From assembly GCA_040437565.1 (NCBI GenBank), contig JBDOQK010000027.1, positions 310,001 to 374,000 on the forward strand: a stretch of DNA of 64,000 nt, written 5' to 3'. Both the position numbers and the translations under genes were made by a program. Of the stretch, positions 1 through 12,202 are shown piece after piece. The stretch's first letter is position 1. Each line of letters starts with the position of its first letter. The DNA is from Albugo candida (Eukaryota). Below the pieces are notes generated by a model that worked only from the letters and a program-made list of their open reading frames with translations, had not been told where the DNA came from and did not search any database.

Positions 1-815
1 ACTTGCTCTTGCGTCCCTTCTTCTCCTTGAAATATATGTGAATGAGTATGTAGCTGAAAAATCAATAGTTGTGCATACATAAACAATAGAAATAATGCAG
101 CGATTCGAGACAACGCCAATGTTCTTTTCATTTTCTCGTCCTGTGTCTCATGATCCGAGAAGTAATAAATGTACGATGGAAGAAGCATTGCGAAGCTTGC
201 CAGCATCAACAGAGAGGAATTCGCACTGGCACCCACCGCATTAAATACATTCTCAGTAGTTGACATCCCACCAGCGATAAAACTGCATCCGAGTACAAGC
301 AGTAGATTTGACAAAACTGAGCCAATTAATGAAGACTGCACGACCGCGATTTCTCCCTTACTGAGCGCGAGCACAGCCACAACCACTTCCACCGCGTTTC
401 CAAATGTCGCGTTTACCAAGCCACCGATAGTTTCACCAGTGTGAATAGCCAGCGCTTCCGTTGCTTCACCCAGAACATTTGCCAGTGGTATCATTACAAT
501 GAAATTGAGTGTGAAAATCCATGTATCGTTCCAATGCGCCACGTACGACCAGATAGCGAACGGCGCAAAGAATAGCAAGATATTCAGTCTGGATCCAAAT
601 AATAGATTTTTTATAGCTGTTAAATCCGCTCTCCAGGACTGATGTATACTACTTCCCGATTCATAAGACGAACGCAACAAAGAGATGCGTTCCCGAGAAT
701 TTTTTGCAAAACCGTGTAGATTCGACAATTCCGGTACGCTGCTTTCGTCCGCGCTGTTAGAACTTTGCTGCTGTCGAGCCTTACGAATTGACGCATTCGC
801 TTGTCGTGTGTGCAT
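1..815 (-). CDS. CAX: Ca2+/H+ exchanger (CAX family), 5' part; runs off the window
   Basis: Manual minus-strand translation from ATG 815: ...LNILLFFAPFAIW...IPLANVLGEATEALAIHTGETIGGLVNATFGNAVE...VVQSSLIGSVLSNLLLVLG, the CAX alpha-1 repeat. Open to the window edge, so absent from the ORF track. Confidence 0.92.
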   Translation of the reverse strand, partial: MHTRQANASIRKARQQQSSNSADESSVPELSNLHGFAKNSRERISLLRSSYESGSSIHQSWRADLTAIKNLLFGSRLNILLFFAPFAIWSYVAHWNDTWIFTLNFIVMIPLANVLGEATEALAIHTGETIGGLVNATFGNAVEVVVAVLALSKGEIAVVQSSLIGSVLSNLLLVLGCSFIAGGMSTTENVFNAVGASANSSLLMLASFAMLLPSYIYYFSDHETQDEKMKRTLALSRIAALFLLFMYAQLLIFQLHTHSHIFQGEEGTQEQ

Positions 816-1052
816 TCTCAGCGACTCACGAAAGTGACTATTTCAAGCGAATGCGAAACAGTTCAGCGACAAGTGCGTATAGTATACACTCGCATGTCTT
901 TTTGTCACCTTCCAATCGCTAAAAGCTGATTGAGGACTCGACATCAATAACATGAAATATTACGTTAGAGCACTGATAACAAGTATCAAATGGAATCATT
1001 GCAAACGGTTCCGATGCTGTGATGCGACCACTCCTGTCGGTCGCAGTACGAC

Positions 1053-1604
1053 ATGGCCTCAGCTCTAGATCCTACAGTCAAATTGGACGATACAAACTCA
1101 GAGAAACAACCTAACGTTTGTATAGGATTTTTTGCATTCCCTGATGGATCGCGTTACGGTTTGCACGCAATTTTGTATACGATCAGGTCCTCAACCTTGT
1201 ATGTATTTGATTAGAGGGCGAGTATATCGATGAGGATGAACGGATCTGCCGACACGGCAAAGGTACGTATGTAGTCGGACCAGAATCGTACGAAGGATAT
1301 TGGGAAAATGATGAAATGCATGGAATCGGAACTTATACTTTTGCAACGGGAGCGAGATATGAGGGAGAATTTCAACGAAACGAGTTTCTGGGAAATGGAT
1401 CCTATTACTGGCCCGATGGTGCCACATATCACGGCGCTTGGAACCATAACAGGTATGAGTACATGCATTTCCTATCGCATTGGCTCACTGTCCGATAGAA
1501 TGGATGGAAGCGGTGCATACAAAGATAAAGACGGGGTCGAATGGCGCGGCCAATTTGTTAATGGGAAATACAACAATGGAAGAATCTGTCATGTTTTACG
1601 ATGA
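1053..1604 (+). CDS. Small MORN-repeat protein (MORN2-like), 3 exons
   Basis: Spliced product has repeated YEGxWxxxxMHGxGxY motifs (YEGYWENDEMHGIGTYTF, YEGEFQRNEFLGNGSYYW, YHGAWNHNRMDGSGAY). GT-AG introns at about 1159-1214 and 1453-1498. Confidence 0.85.
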
Positions 1605-2165
1605 AAGTCGCTGGTTTCGATATACACAGGAAACTTCTTTGATTGACCTTTGCCAGGTGATGAGAGACTACTTGAATGCACTGATTTTTCCAATCTTTCC
1701 TTCTTCTGGCTGTTCCCCTCTCTTAAATCCTGGCGAGATCAGACAATCCGTCTCTTATAATAAATATGGGCTACTCCTGCAGTAATGACTGACTTTTTCC
1801 CCATTCTTATTACACCTTGCGCCATACCAAGATCACTTTGCAATAGCGAAATGCCCAATGAACCCGACAAGATCCTCAAAGCGTGAGAGCAGTTAAGTAC
1901 AATCATAGTAAGCGGTGTTGACAGCTAGTCGTCTCATATCAAACACAGTGCGTCACTTTACACTCTCCTTATTGTTCGACGTCGAATGTCTTTATGCTTG
2001 ACGCTTGACTATCTCATAATCAGCTTGGTAGAAGCGCGTATTACACATCAGAAAAGTTAGACAACTTTGTTATTTCTTAGCAAGCCATGTTATGTGGCAC
2101 CGTAATAAGAGACGGATGAGCTTATACTAAAAAGCAAGAGATAGCCATTAAAACTCGCAAATCTC

Positions 2166-3160
2166 ATGCCACTTGTAATTGTTTGCGGCATTCCTGGCGC
2201 TGGGAAAACGGTGGTCGCAAAAGCGTTAGTCGAATGGATAGCCTCTGGTTCCACGCTCAAAACGAGATATATCACAGAGTCCACAGTCGGCCGAACTCGC
2301 TCGATCGCATATCAAGGTTTATTACTCGTTGTTGCTTCCAATCGCTACATACTCTTTTTATAGACGCAAAAGAAGAAAAAATTACGCGAAGCGCTCTTCG
2401 TGCTGCAGCGGAGACAGCGCTCAATCATGAGACCATTGTGATTCTGGATGCTATCAATGACATAAAAGGAGTTAGATATGAGCTTTTTTGTAAGGCAAAA
2501 GCGGAAAATACGACATATTGTCTTGTACGTGCGTATGAGTGATGACTGTCGAGCGCTGTCTTAGAAGCATTGTTGATTTTTTCAAGCAGTTGTATGTCGA
2601 TGTATCGCTGGACACTGCTTTGAATCGAAATGCTCTTCGACAAGACAGATTTGAGGCTGATATGTACGCATTTTCTTCCTTTCTTTGATCCGCTGCTGTA
2701 TTTTGTGCATAGTATCAGAGCAATCGCTCAACGTTTTGAAGTCCCCAATGAGCAACATCGATGGGACCGTCCGCTTTTTCATATTGCGCTGAAAGATGGT
2801 AATGTGCTCGATCTGGTGCCATTCAAATCGATTGTCAATGCGATCCATAACGGAAAACGTGTGAAAGCGGGATCGGCCACAAAAGCACCACCGAGAGCTT
2901 CTATGAGCTTTGTGTCGGAATTAGACCGCATCACACTGGAGATCGTCGATTTGATTCTAGCAAGTCAGCAAGATGGTCAAGTTGGCGGCGAAATAATCCT
3001 TCCAAACGTGGGTAAGAGCCTCTCTCTGAATAAGATTATACCGGCAGTAGAGCTCCGACGTCATCGTCGCCAGTTTCTCAGCATCCAAAAAGCTCACCCA
3101 TGCACAACGTCTGAGCTTGCGACTCGATTTGTTGAGTTCCTGCGTCAGCAAATAAACTAG
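2166..3160 (+). CDS. KTI12: KTI12 homolog (Elongator-associated P-loop protein), multi-exon
   Basis: MPLVIVCGIPGAGKT Walker A, 'ILDAINDIKGVRYEL', 'RFEVPNEQHRWDRPLF' and C-terminal 'ELRRHRRQFL', spread over ORFs 2166, 2183 and 2630. Confidence 0.9.
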
Positions 3161-3186
3161 AAACTTTTCAAAAATGTCTTGTTCTC

Positions 3187-4164
3187 TTAACTCTGTATTT
3201 GGACCTCTACGTAATCGTGACGTTGTAACAATACTCCAAGCCAAGATAATTCACTTGCAACAGTTCCAAAACACATGAGTTGGGATAGAATTGCTGTAAA
3301 TTCGAATAAAGCCTCCTGCGTGGCGGTAAACCCCAATGGATTCGCCCAATGCCCATTTACAGACATGAACAACAACGCGACTACAGCACAAGCAAACGTG
3401 AGTGAATTCAACTAGCGGAGGTGTAGATCTGCTAGTTACGTACACATTATGGTAGATACTAAGCCTCCAACCATAAACACGATACCGATTCGGTACGCGA
3501 AATAAACACTGGCACTGGTACCTCGCGCACTCCAGCAACGTTTGATGAGTTTGTAGAGATCCAAGGGAAGCCTCAAATACTCATTCAAGGACATACAAAC
3601 TTCGAGTTTTCCGTCTTTAAACACATCTGAAATGAGTTCACGTCGCAGGAGCTTCATTCTTGTGCACATGAGTGTTATTATTCCAATCCAGGAAAACAGA
3701 AAGAATAGAGAGCAGCTAAGCACGTGGATGATGTGATAGTTGCCCATGTCATACACCGCTAGCAACGTCAATGCGACCGAGCATGCGACGAAAAAGAGCG
3801 TACTGATCCAAGATAGCACGTTTTCGACGATGTGGCGTTCGGGTTCTTGCTGCTTTGATGTGGTCTTTAATTGTTCAGTTTTACTTTTTTGCATTGAAAT
3901 ACGTATGTGAATGAGAAAAAAGTGGAGGATTGTCCCGATTGCGATAAAGAGAGCTGTTAGCGACATTCCGATTGAAAAAAAAGTCTTTTGAGGATTGTAT
4001 TCGGCTGCATACGATAAGGTCGGACATCGCCGAGCACAGCTGAACTGGTTAACGCATGCAAGCGATATGGTACCCACGAGTGTAAAGGTACCGATGATTG
4101 GGACCAATAAGGCAAGGATGCCGAGATTATTGAGGATGTTGAAGGTTTGTGGGAATGGAACCAT
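3187..4164 (-). CDS. Frag1/DRAM/Sfk1-family multipass membrane protein, 2 exons
   Basis: Several TM helices, 'PTLSYAAEYNPQKTFFSIGM', 'YHIIHVL', C-terminal 'ALFEFTAIL'. An intron at about 3381-3443 joins ORFs 3436..4200 and 3187..3411. Confidence 0.72.
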
Positions 4165-4698
4165 TGTGGATGACCGATACGCAGTATAGAAAAATGGCAA
4201 GTGGAGAGCTTATGCACCAAACTCGACCTAGTATTGTGTATTACGTGAATTTCAATTTAAGTAAAGTCAGCGGCTTAACAATCTTATCGGTGCAGCATTT
4301 AGATTGAGTAAGCGCAATCAAATTGAGTGTTGGATGAATACAAAATTATACAAGATTATTCTGCATTCGGTGCTATGATAATTATTTTGAAACGAGATAA
4401 ACTGTGCGTTCTGATGAGTGACGCTGAGCATGTCGTCTTATCTGCAACGCCATTGTTCGGACTGTTAGCACAGCGCTTGGTTGTATCTGATCAGTATTCA
4501 GGTTTATAAAGCTACTACATAATGCAATTGTTTCATGTGATGAGAAATCGGTCCCTGACCTCTTCGTTGGATCAATTAACACGCAAATAATGTCTGCGTA
4601 CTACCGCATATGCAAAAAAAAAGTCTACGCATTTGTATGAGACCAGAATTGTAAATTATATTAGCGCGATGCATCGATAAGTCGATTCTGTGTGTGCC

Positions 4699-4798
4699 NN
4701 NNNNNNNNNNNNNNNNNNNNNNNNNNNNNNNNNNNNNNNNNNNNNNNNNNNNNNNNNNNNNNNNNNNNNNNNNNNNNNNNNNNNNNNNNNNNNNNNNN
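4699..4798. other. Scaffold gap (100 N), left border of the gene-poor island
   Basis: Run of N. Confidence 0.99.
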
Positions 4799-6172
4799 AA
4801 TAAAATTTACAATAATGTTATAATTATTTCGAAAGTATCTATTGGCACAAAACTCTCTGCTAGTGATCTCGAAGTCTACTTAGAAATTGGGTTTGCTTCA
4901 ATAAAGGTTAACATAGAAGACACACGTTGGGGAGCAGGAGCAATACCAAGAAGATAAAGCAAGTCGCCGCGAGCTGGAAAAAAGATACGTAACAATAACG
5001 TGAAGCATGTTAATCTGCACTTCTCTTGCTGCGATACTGTCTGAGATATTTGTGAGAACCTTGGTAGCCAAGTGCGGCAGAAAAAGCGAGACAACTTGAT
5101 AATTCACTAGATATCCGATGTTTTACGTGGAAAACATGAAGAAGTGTTGCCACTACGAAGAATGAGAGCAGGTTACTGACTAGCGAATGATCGAGTAGCG
5201 CTACGAGAGGTTTTCTTGTTGCGAAACACGAGTCAGGACTATGTATAAGAACCATGGATTAAGCGGCTATGATGCTTGAAAAAACAGAAAAGAACTATTG
5301 CACCGTGAATAGCACGGTAGGAGAGCACTTTACGATCCGTGGACGTTACATCGGTCCGCACAGGAGATATATAACGAGACAAGAATCTAATTCGCCACAT
5401 TTACCACGACATTCATGGTGATCAAGTACAGTACTATCATTGAATTACTTTTATCTCCTAACGATATGCCACTTCACTAAATAGTACATCTACTTTATTC
5501 AATTAATGTCAACGTGAGCATGTGCGGTTTTTGGATACTTCGTCATGACATCAAATTTTCTGGACACCTACCACGATGCGCAGTGCTGGTATGTATGATT
5601 GGTACGAAATGTTCAAATCGTCTCACGTGTAAGTATACTTTGTCTATTTTGTCTATCAGTAAGCTCATTGAGACATCTCGAATGTTAATGGCAATACACA
5701 GAAATGCACATACTCCGCTATCTATTGTTACATGGGTACAATCAAGCATCTTTATCATAAAGTCTAGGGAGATGAAGCACACCACGTTCCTGCTTCTACA
5801 ACAAGCAAATTTTAAGGAGGTCCTACGCGTCTGTTGGCAATGTGGTAATGATCAGCGGAAGCATCCGCATGTTCTATGTGTCATTTACAACTATAGAGGT
5901 ATGAGGCCTTGTATCAAAAACCTACCGTTGTGATATTGAAGCAAACCATTCAATTGAGAAGTACCGCTACAGAGATTCACACCAGTCGTGAAATTCCCCG
6001 TTAACGGGAAGGAAAGGGCGGATCAAAGCACCAATGTAGTGTGATACAATATGCATAAAAATGGTCAAGCATAAAGTATACAGATCAATTCAATGGAACA
6101 ATCTAGCGTTGGTCAAAAGCAACTTGAGATACGTGCTTGATGTGCTACAATTTCTTTCTTTGAAGAAACGCT

Positions 6173-8450
6173 ATGGCGTTATTCTTCCTGTTGGTAGGAG
6201 TTGAGGGAGACGCGTTTTGAGTGGACTTTAACGGCAATAAAAGTATCGGTGGTTTGAAGGACGAGATTACGCAGGAGAACCCCAACAAGCTAAAATGCGA
6301 CATAGATGAATTGCGACTTGAGCTTGCCAAAAGAAAGGGCGCGTGGCTTCCTTACGCTTCTGATGCTACAGGATGTTGAAAACCGGTGATCCACAGGATG
6401 TACAAGACTTTCTGAGAGATGAAAAACTTCCTGCAGTGGAACCTATCATGGATGTGTTCCATGGAATAGATGATGCCTTCCGAGTCATTCATGTACTGGT
6501 GAACCTGCAAACATATGATGCTGTTGATGCACGGTTGACGGCCGAAAAAGAAAATAGGGTGACTTGAGAGCAAACATTTTCCATCCCAGTTTGGCAGTTA
6601 CAATAGTCGCCACGGATGGGTAGCTACCCTAAAAAAATCAAAGACCAAATGCATTGTCATCGATCGGATGAACCAAATCAGCTGAATGATATACACCGAT
6701 TGTCTTGCTTAATGAGACCTTTCCTCGATTTACTGACCGCAATTGTAAGTATATCGATATTGGTGATGCAGATTTTGATTTCGTGGCTGAACTCGGTGAA
6801 GAAGCATCTACTTTATTCGTCATTGAAACTGTATTCGGCAAAAAAGCAAAAGAGGTGCTAGGTAATTACCTCTTGGAATATGTAAATACTGAATTTTTAT
6901 CGATGTCGATAAGAAACGGCTCGACAACTGTTGTATCTTGCTAGTGGATGCGACTATGCAGAATGTTGCTTATTATATGAAGCATTTACCAAATGACATT
7001 TTGATCGTCAATTTCCTCGCTTGTTGGTGGATATATGTGGTCAGCTGAACAGTGTGTTTGGCATTGTCAATATTGGAGTTGATTTCGTAATATGTGAACC
7101 TATAGTTCAAAGTTTTCCATTGGTTTATATCCACCAAGAAGCAAGGAAGTTGACGTTCATTGTCATCTGGTAAATGCTTTATGTAATAAGCAACATTCTA
7201 CATAGTCGCATCCCCTTGACCCGATCCTTCGTGAAGTTTGCCTTCCCGATTGAACAACGTATATTCCCCACATAGACAAGATCCATCTGTTCTCGAGTCG
7301 TTTCTTGTCGAAATCGATCATATTTGGTTACTTCCATGTTCCAAGAGGTATTTAGCAAAAGTATGTAAAGCTTTGAAGCGAGGGGTAGGAGAGCTATTTT
7401 GGTATTATCCTGAAACTCGTATCATGGCACTCCATCGGACAAGTTCCCATACAAAAACATCACAAAAATAGATGGTACAACTACCACCTTCGATATATAA
7501 GCGTATCCACACGACAAAATTTCGGTGCGAAAGTGGAAGAAGATGGAATGAAAGTTATCGTCAGTTTTCGACAGAATACGGCAAAGTAGTTCATGACTTT
7601 TGTGCACTTGAGGAATTTACGTCAAAGTTGCTTTTATGTAAGGAATTACCAAGTGAGAGGTAGTTTATCGTCATGGAAAAATTAATCACTTACAACTTCT
7701 CACTGACGTGGTGAACCAATGCAAGCCTAATTTCTCGATGACTTACAAACAATTTAAAAGCGCTTGTGCGGCCCGAAATTTGTTCATAGAGATCTTCGTG
7801 AAGAAAATGTTTCATGGGATGCCAAGTCAGAGTGAGTTGTGTCGAATTATTTTGATTGGGCTGGAAGAGAGAGTAAGGTCGTATATCCTCCGTACATCAA
7901 CAAAGCAATAAAATGGCCACATGGTGCAAGATCTGAAATGCCGCTTCGCACGGCAATTCGTGATGTGCAACTATTTTGCGTCACTTTCATGAACCTCAAT
8001 GCTTTATCGCCTCAGTGGTAGAATACCAGATACATCTGTAAGGTCCTCATTGTCTGATAATTTGGGCTGCCATGACTGACGATCAAGGATGAAGTGCAAT
8101 CAGTCGGATGTTGTTTAGTGAATCACAAGTTATCCTTGTTTTTTACTTGCATTCATATCAAAAACGTAATTTGATCACTCGCGATGTTTTAATGACGTGC
8201 AGAAATGTGCCAATCGCGAGAACTGTTGCAAATTGCTGCGTAGTGCTTCCGAATATTCAAGCCCTATTATCAAGGGCCTCGAGTAGTCTAATCCGGAGAC
8301 CGCCACAGTGCGATGTTTTATACTGCTTGGATACTGAGCTCGCTTTGCTCGCCAAAATTCACCTGTCGCGAGAAGTGATGCAAAGCTGGACAAGAAGATA
8401 TCTTGTGGTGGAACCAGCCATCTCATGAAATTTGATTCCTTTAGATAGCC
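6173..8450 (+). pseudogene. CRN: Crinkler (CRN) effector pseudogene
   Basis: From ATG 6173: MALFFLLVGVEGDAF*VDFNGNKSIGGLKDEITQENPNKLKCDIDELRLELAKRKGAWL. LxLFLAK-like LRLELAK at 6311-6331, in-frame TGA at 6218, frameshift near 6375, then 'IHVLVNL' (HVLV at 6490). Followed by ~2 kb of fragmented coding-like sequence; right boundary approximate. Confidence 0.85.
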
Positions 8451-9680
8451 TTATAGGAAAAAAATCATCACGTATCCTCTGCAACCGCTAGGAAAATGGG
8501 ACGACAACAGAACCACATTGAAATGTCGGATGAGGCACACTATCACTATGAAACCTGGCCATGATTAGCCGTGAGTACTCTAATTTTCCAAGATCCTTAC
8601 TATGCAGTCCAGTGCTCTCAGACTATCGACAGCATAAATACCTTGTACAAATCATCCAAACTCAAGAGGCCGAGGATAGCAGGAATGGAAGACGAGAAAT
8701 GGAGTGCGACATTTTGTGCATCATATACCTAAGAAAAATTATTTCCAATGCTTTCTTAACTTGTGCAGGTCAGATAGTTCCAGAGGTATCCTTTGGCTGG
8801 AGTGACCTTTTAAAGCGATGTATTCAGCTAATAAACCCTCTCTAATTGTCAATAATTAGACGCTTGCATGGTCACAAGTGCAAGAAAGAGTGATACAGAC
8901 ATATATCTCGCATAACACGACGAGGAATTGTCTTGAAGTAAGTGTAAGGTGCGTACAATCTCTAGTCGTAGTATTTTTTCAATCATGAATAACATCTACC
9001 AGCACAAAGCACTACTTTCTTTTTCGCCAGATATAGCCACTCTCTGATGTGACTTTTATACGTCTCATAGAAGCATATACCTGTCTTCCAAGTTGTGTCG
9101 AAATTGTTTACTTCGAGCACATGCTCCATATCGATGTGGTACTTTTCTGATGTCAGGTGAAGCCTATCGCGATGATCTTATGAGAAGAATCAGATTGTAG
9201 TGATGTACAGATTCCATTCTGCTCGTTACTTACCAGTCTTTTCTTTTGCGAGATGATCTAACCCGATGAGGTTTCTTTGTGTAATGCACAGACTACTTAA
9301 TCGATCTCTCATCATTCAAAATATAATATCTGTTCTGATGTGTCATTTATATCAGTTTTGTGTAATGATCTTCAGTTGTAGTCGGAAAAGCATCTCCCTC
9401 ATGACCTTATTAAGGCATCGATCAACCAGCCCCTCCAAGGACAGGTCAGACACTAGAGCGAGCGACAACGTGGGTAGAAGATCATTGCGCTGTTATATAT
9501 TCACATTGAGAAAATGCTTGGCTAGGGAAATGGATCAGGCGACCCATTTTCAGTAAATTGACGATCATGGATGAGTCCTGTGTGTACGCCCAATGACATC
9601 TGAGTGATGTCGACATAGTAGCGAGTGAAACAATTACGCATCTTTTTGTTCTATTAGATCACAGAATTTATAAAAGCAAG

Positions 9681-9780
9681 NNNNNNNNNNNNNNNNNNNN
9701 NNNNNNNNNNNNNNNNNNNNNNNNNNNNNNNNNNNNNNNNNNNNNNNNNNNNNNNNNNNNNNNNNNNNNNNNNNNNNNNN
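9681..9780. other. Scaffold gap (100 N), right border of the gene-poor island
   Basis: Run of N with the 10-mer taaaagcaag on both sides. Confidence 0.99.
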
Positions 9781-9952
9781 TAAAAGCAAGAAGGTAGATA
9801 TGAACAACTCATCAATGTTATCATTTTCTACAGCGGCTCCACTTGAAAATACGATAACAAACTCTAGAACTGATCACAGATCATGGCGTGTGAGATGAGA
9901 CTCCCATTCCAGCATCTGACGAGGTAGTGATCAAACTCGCAAGCGCTTTCGT

Positions 9953-11094
9953 TCACTGGAGCTCTGGAAGTTGCGCCCACTCTCCAAATTCACCACCGAG
10001 GGCTTTCAACATACTCGACCAAAGTTGTCTGTCTGCATTCAACGCAATACGTACTGGTGCTGATACTGGAATCCAAGTTCCTCGTCGCAATTCATTCTCC
10101 AGTTGTCCTGGTATCCATACAGATACTCCCTTGAAGAAAACAACCTCGCTAGCTTTTGCTTCCTCCTTTGGGGTCGCTCTAGCAGCTGCTTCCAAGTCGC
10201 CACCCCAAAAGACCTGATTTATCGCGTCACACTGAGAGTCCACAGCCGTATCCGCAACAGATTTTATATCAATGCCTCCAATACCAGATTTTCCGTGCAA
10301 AATCTATACACATTCATCAAGTCACTTAAAATATTCAGGTGAGGCTGCTCTACCTCTGCATGGCGACTTGATACAGGACCCCCACAAAATACAGGATTCG
10401 ATCCAAATGCTGATGATACATCCAAGCTCACTTTGAATGTACGCGCAACAGAATCCGAGCTTAGCAAATTGACAATGAGTCCACGCGTGCCTTTGTGCAA
10501 AGAGTGTTGCGTAATGAGAATCACAGATCGAGAGAAAATTCCATCCAAGAGCGGATGTGCGAGAAGAAAAGTGCCAGTATCAAGTGTCCTGTTAGCACCG
10601 TGAGGCTAAAAGACATGGAGAAAAGTGCCAACTACTCACGCTGCATGCCTCACGCCCGAAATCTCACACGATCTTTCCACACACTTCGTCGGAGCGGGAT
10701 GAAAGCCATACCGCTTTGCTACTTCCAATTGCTCATTCAAACTGCGGAGAGCAAGAAAAGCTGTGTCGATTGCATCAGGGGCACTCGATTGCTTCCTAAA
10801 CTCTTTTCGGATCGTATTAGTGATTGAAATGTGTGACAATTCGGTTGCATCGCTGTTTTGATTGGGTGAAAGATGCGATTCTGATGGAAGGATTGGTAGA
10901 TAATAGGTTCGATGCTGCAAGAATTCTGAAAGATGTTGATTGTACGCGGCAATCTCTGGAGCGTTTTGGCCACCTGATCGAACCTTCTCGTTATGTAGCA
11001 TGTCTAGCGACATGGAGGCACGCAGACCTGATGATGCATCAAACGTTCTGCTAACGCAAAGCAACTCGCGATATATTCTTCGTAACACGCGCAT
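9953..11094 (-). CDS. DUF179 (AlgH/YqgE-like) protein with LYR-like N-terminus, 3 exons
   Basis: 'GTFLLAHPLLDGIFSRSVILITQH..GTRGLIVN', 'VFCGGPV', 'FFKGVSVWIPGQLENELRRGTW' and 'LWSSML' are DUF179 signatures. N-terminus 'VLRRIYRELL...IRKEFR'. Confidence 0.85.
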
Positions 11095-11164
11095 CGCGTA
11101 TAGGATTGATACAGTCAATCAACTCCTGTCGCTTTACCCAATCAAACACAGCAAATGGTCTCGG

Positions 11165-11177
11165 CAGCCAATCAAAA
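11165..11177. promoter_or_regulatory. CCAAT box (oomycete-type) in divergent promoter
   Basis: cagccaatcaaaa (reverse complement ttttgattggctg) between divergent starts at 11094 and 11268; a second cccaatcaaa at about 11137. Confidence 0.55.
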
Positions 11178-11267
11178 TATAGTCATGTTTTTACCGTCTC
11201 GTCGTTACCAGTTTCGTAACTTTTTGAACAGAAAGAAGGCTCAATAGCTAATTATCCGAGCGGTACG

Positions 11268-12137
11268 ATGATCGAGATTTGTCCAGAAGAAGTCATTTCA
11301 AGCAAAGACAGCACAGCTATTCAGTTTTATTGGCAAGGTTATGATGCCTATGTCAAGTGTATCGAGCGAGAAAATGTCGCAGGATGTTTCTATAAAGCGC
11401 ACTGTGATTTCGGTAATGATGAGTATATTCAATTTGTGCCAGTAGAATCGCAGCAGTCCGGTGCGTTGTCGGACGAAGTGAAGGTGCATCTTATTTGTGG
11501 CTCGCAAAACAAATACCTACGTGCAACACGCGTTTCGAAATATCTCCGATGGTCGCGCCATTGTGACGATCAATCCGTTTTTCGCATTCAGACACTCGAT
11601 CATCAGCCAATTACCACTTCTTCTCAGTTTATTATTGCTAGCTGTTACTGGAAAGACTACTATGTGGGATTCACACCGACGTTACCGATTGGAGCGGGAA
11701 AAGATATGAAGAAAGCAGTTGGAAGCTTGACGCTCGAGAAGAAGAAACAAGTGAGTTCATTAGTGTTCCCAATTCGATTTCGAGCAATACCACGTACATC
11801 TCGAGCTACGAGAAATGAAGAAGGAGTAATAAGAAGGTCGTCTATTCCAGCGGTGACGCCGGCCGGGATCACATATGTGAGAGAAGAGCTCATACAACCA
11901 CGAATACCGCTTGCAACCGTTGTTTTTGGTGCAACTACAGAAATCACAGTTGCGGAAAGTTTGATATGGGAGAATTGCCCGTATTGCGGGATGGTGTTTA
12001 GGCATTTGGATGCATTACAACATCATATAGAAGAAGGCCATCGAGATATCACTACTCGTACTTCAGTACAGGGCACCTTTTGTACCATTTGCGGACGACG
12101 CAGAACACAAGGACAATGTGCACTTTGTCATGATTAA
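11268..12137 (+). CDS. Hypothetical protein with C-terminal C2H2 zinc finger and CxxC/CxxC tail
   Basis: 289-aa ORF containing 'CPYCGMVFRHLDALQHHIEEGH' and 'CTICG...CALCHD'. Confidence 0.75.
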   Translation: MIEICPEEVISSKDSTAIQFYWQGYDAYVKCIERENVAGCFYKAHCDFGNDEYIQFVPVESQQSGALSDEVKVHLICGSQNKYLRATRVSKYLRWSRHCDDQSVFRIQTLDHQPITTSSQFIIASCYWKDYYVGFTPTLPIGAGKDMKKAVGSLTLEKKKQVSSLVFPIRFRAIPRTSRATRNEEGVIRRSSIPAVTPAGITYVREELIQPRIPLATVVFGATTEITVAESLIWENCPYCGMVFRHLDALQHHIEEGHRDITTRTSVQGTFCTICGRRRTQGQCALCHD

Positions 12138-12202
12138 GTCTTGAATTTGAGGTTGCGTGTAATTTATACAAGAAAGAATGTGTGCTTTGTTACATAAATA
12201 TG

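Noticed and set aside
1610-2090. Possible small spliced minus-strand gene between MORN and KTI12
   Set aside because: Short coding-like pieces exist, but I could not build a consistent exon chain or recognise a product.
5514-5933. 139-aa ORF in the gene-poor island
   Set aside because: GTG start, no recognisable domain, surrounded by degenerate sequence.
8786-8795. GTATCCTTT U12-type 5' splice site
   Set aside because: Falls in degenerate non-genic island sequence with no supporting exon structure.
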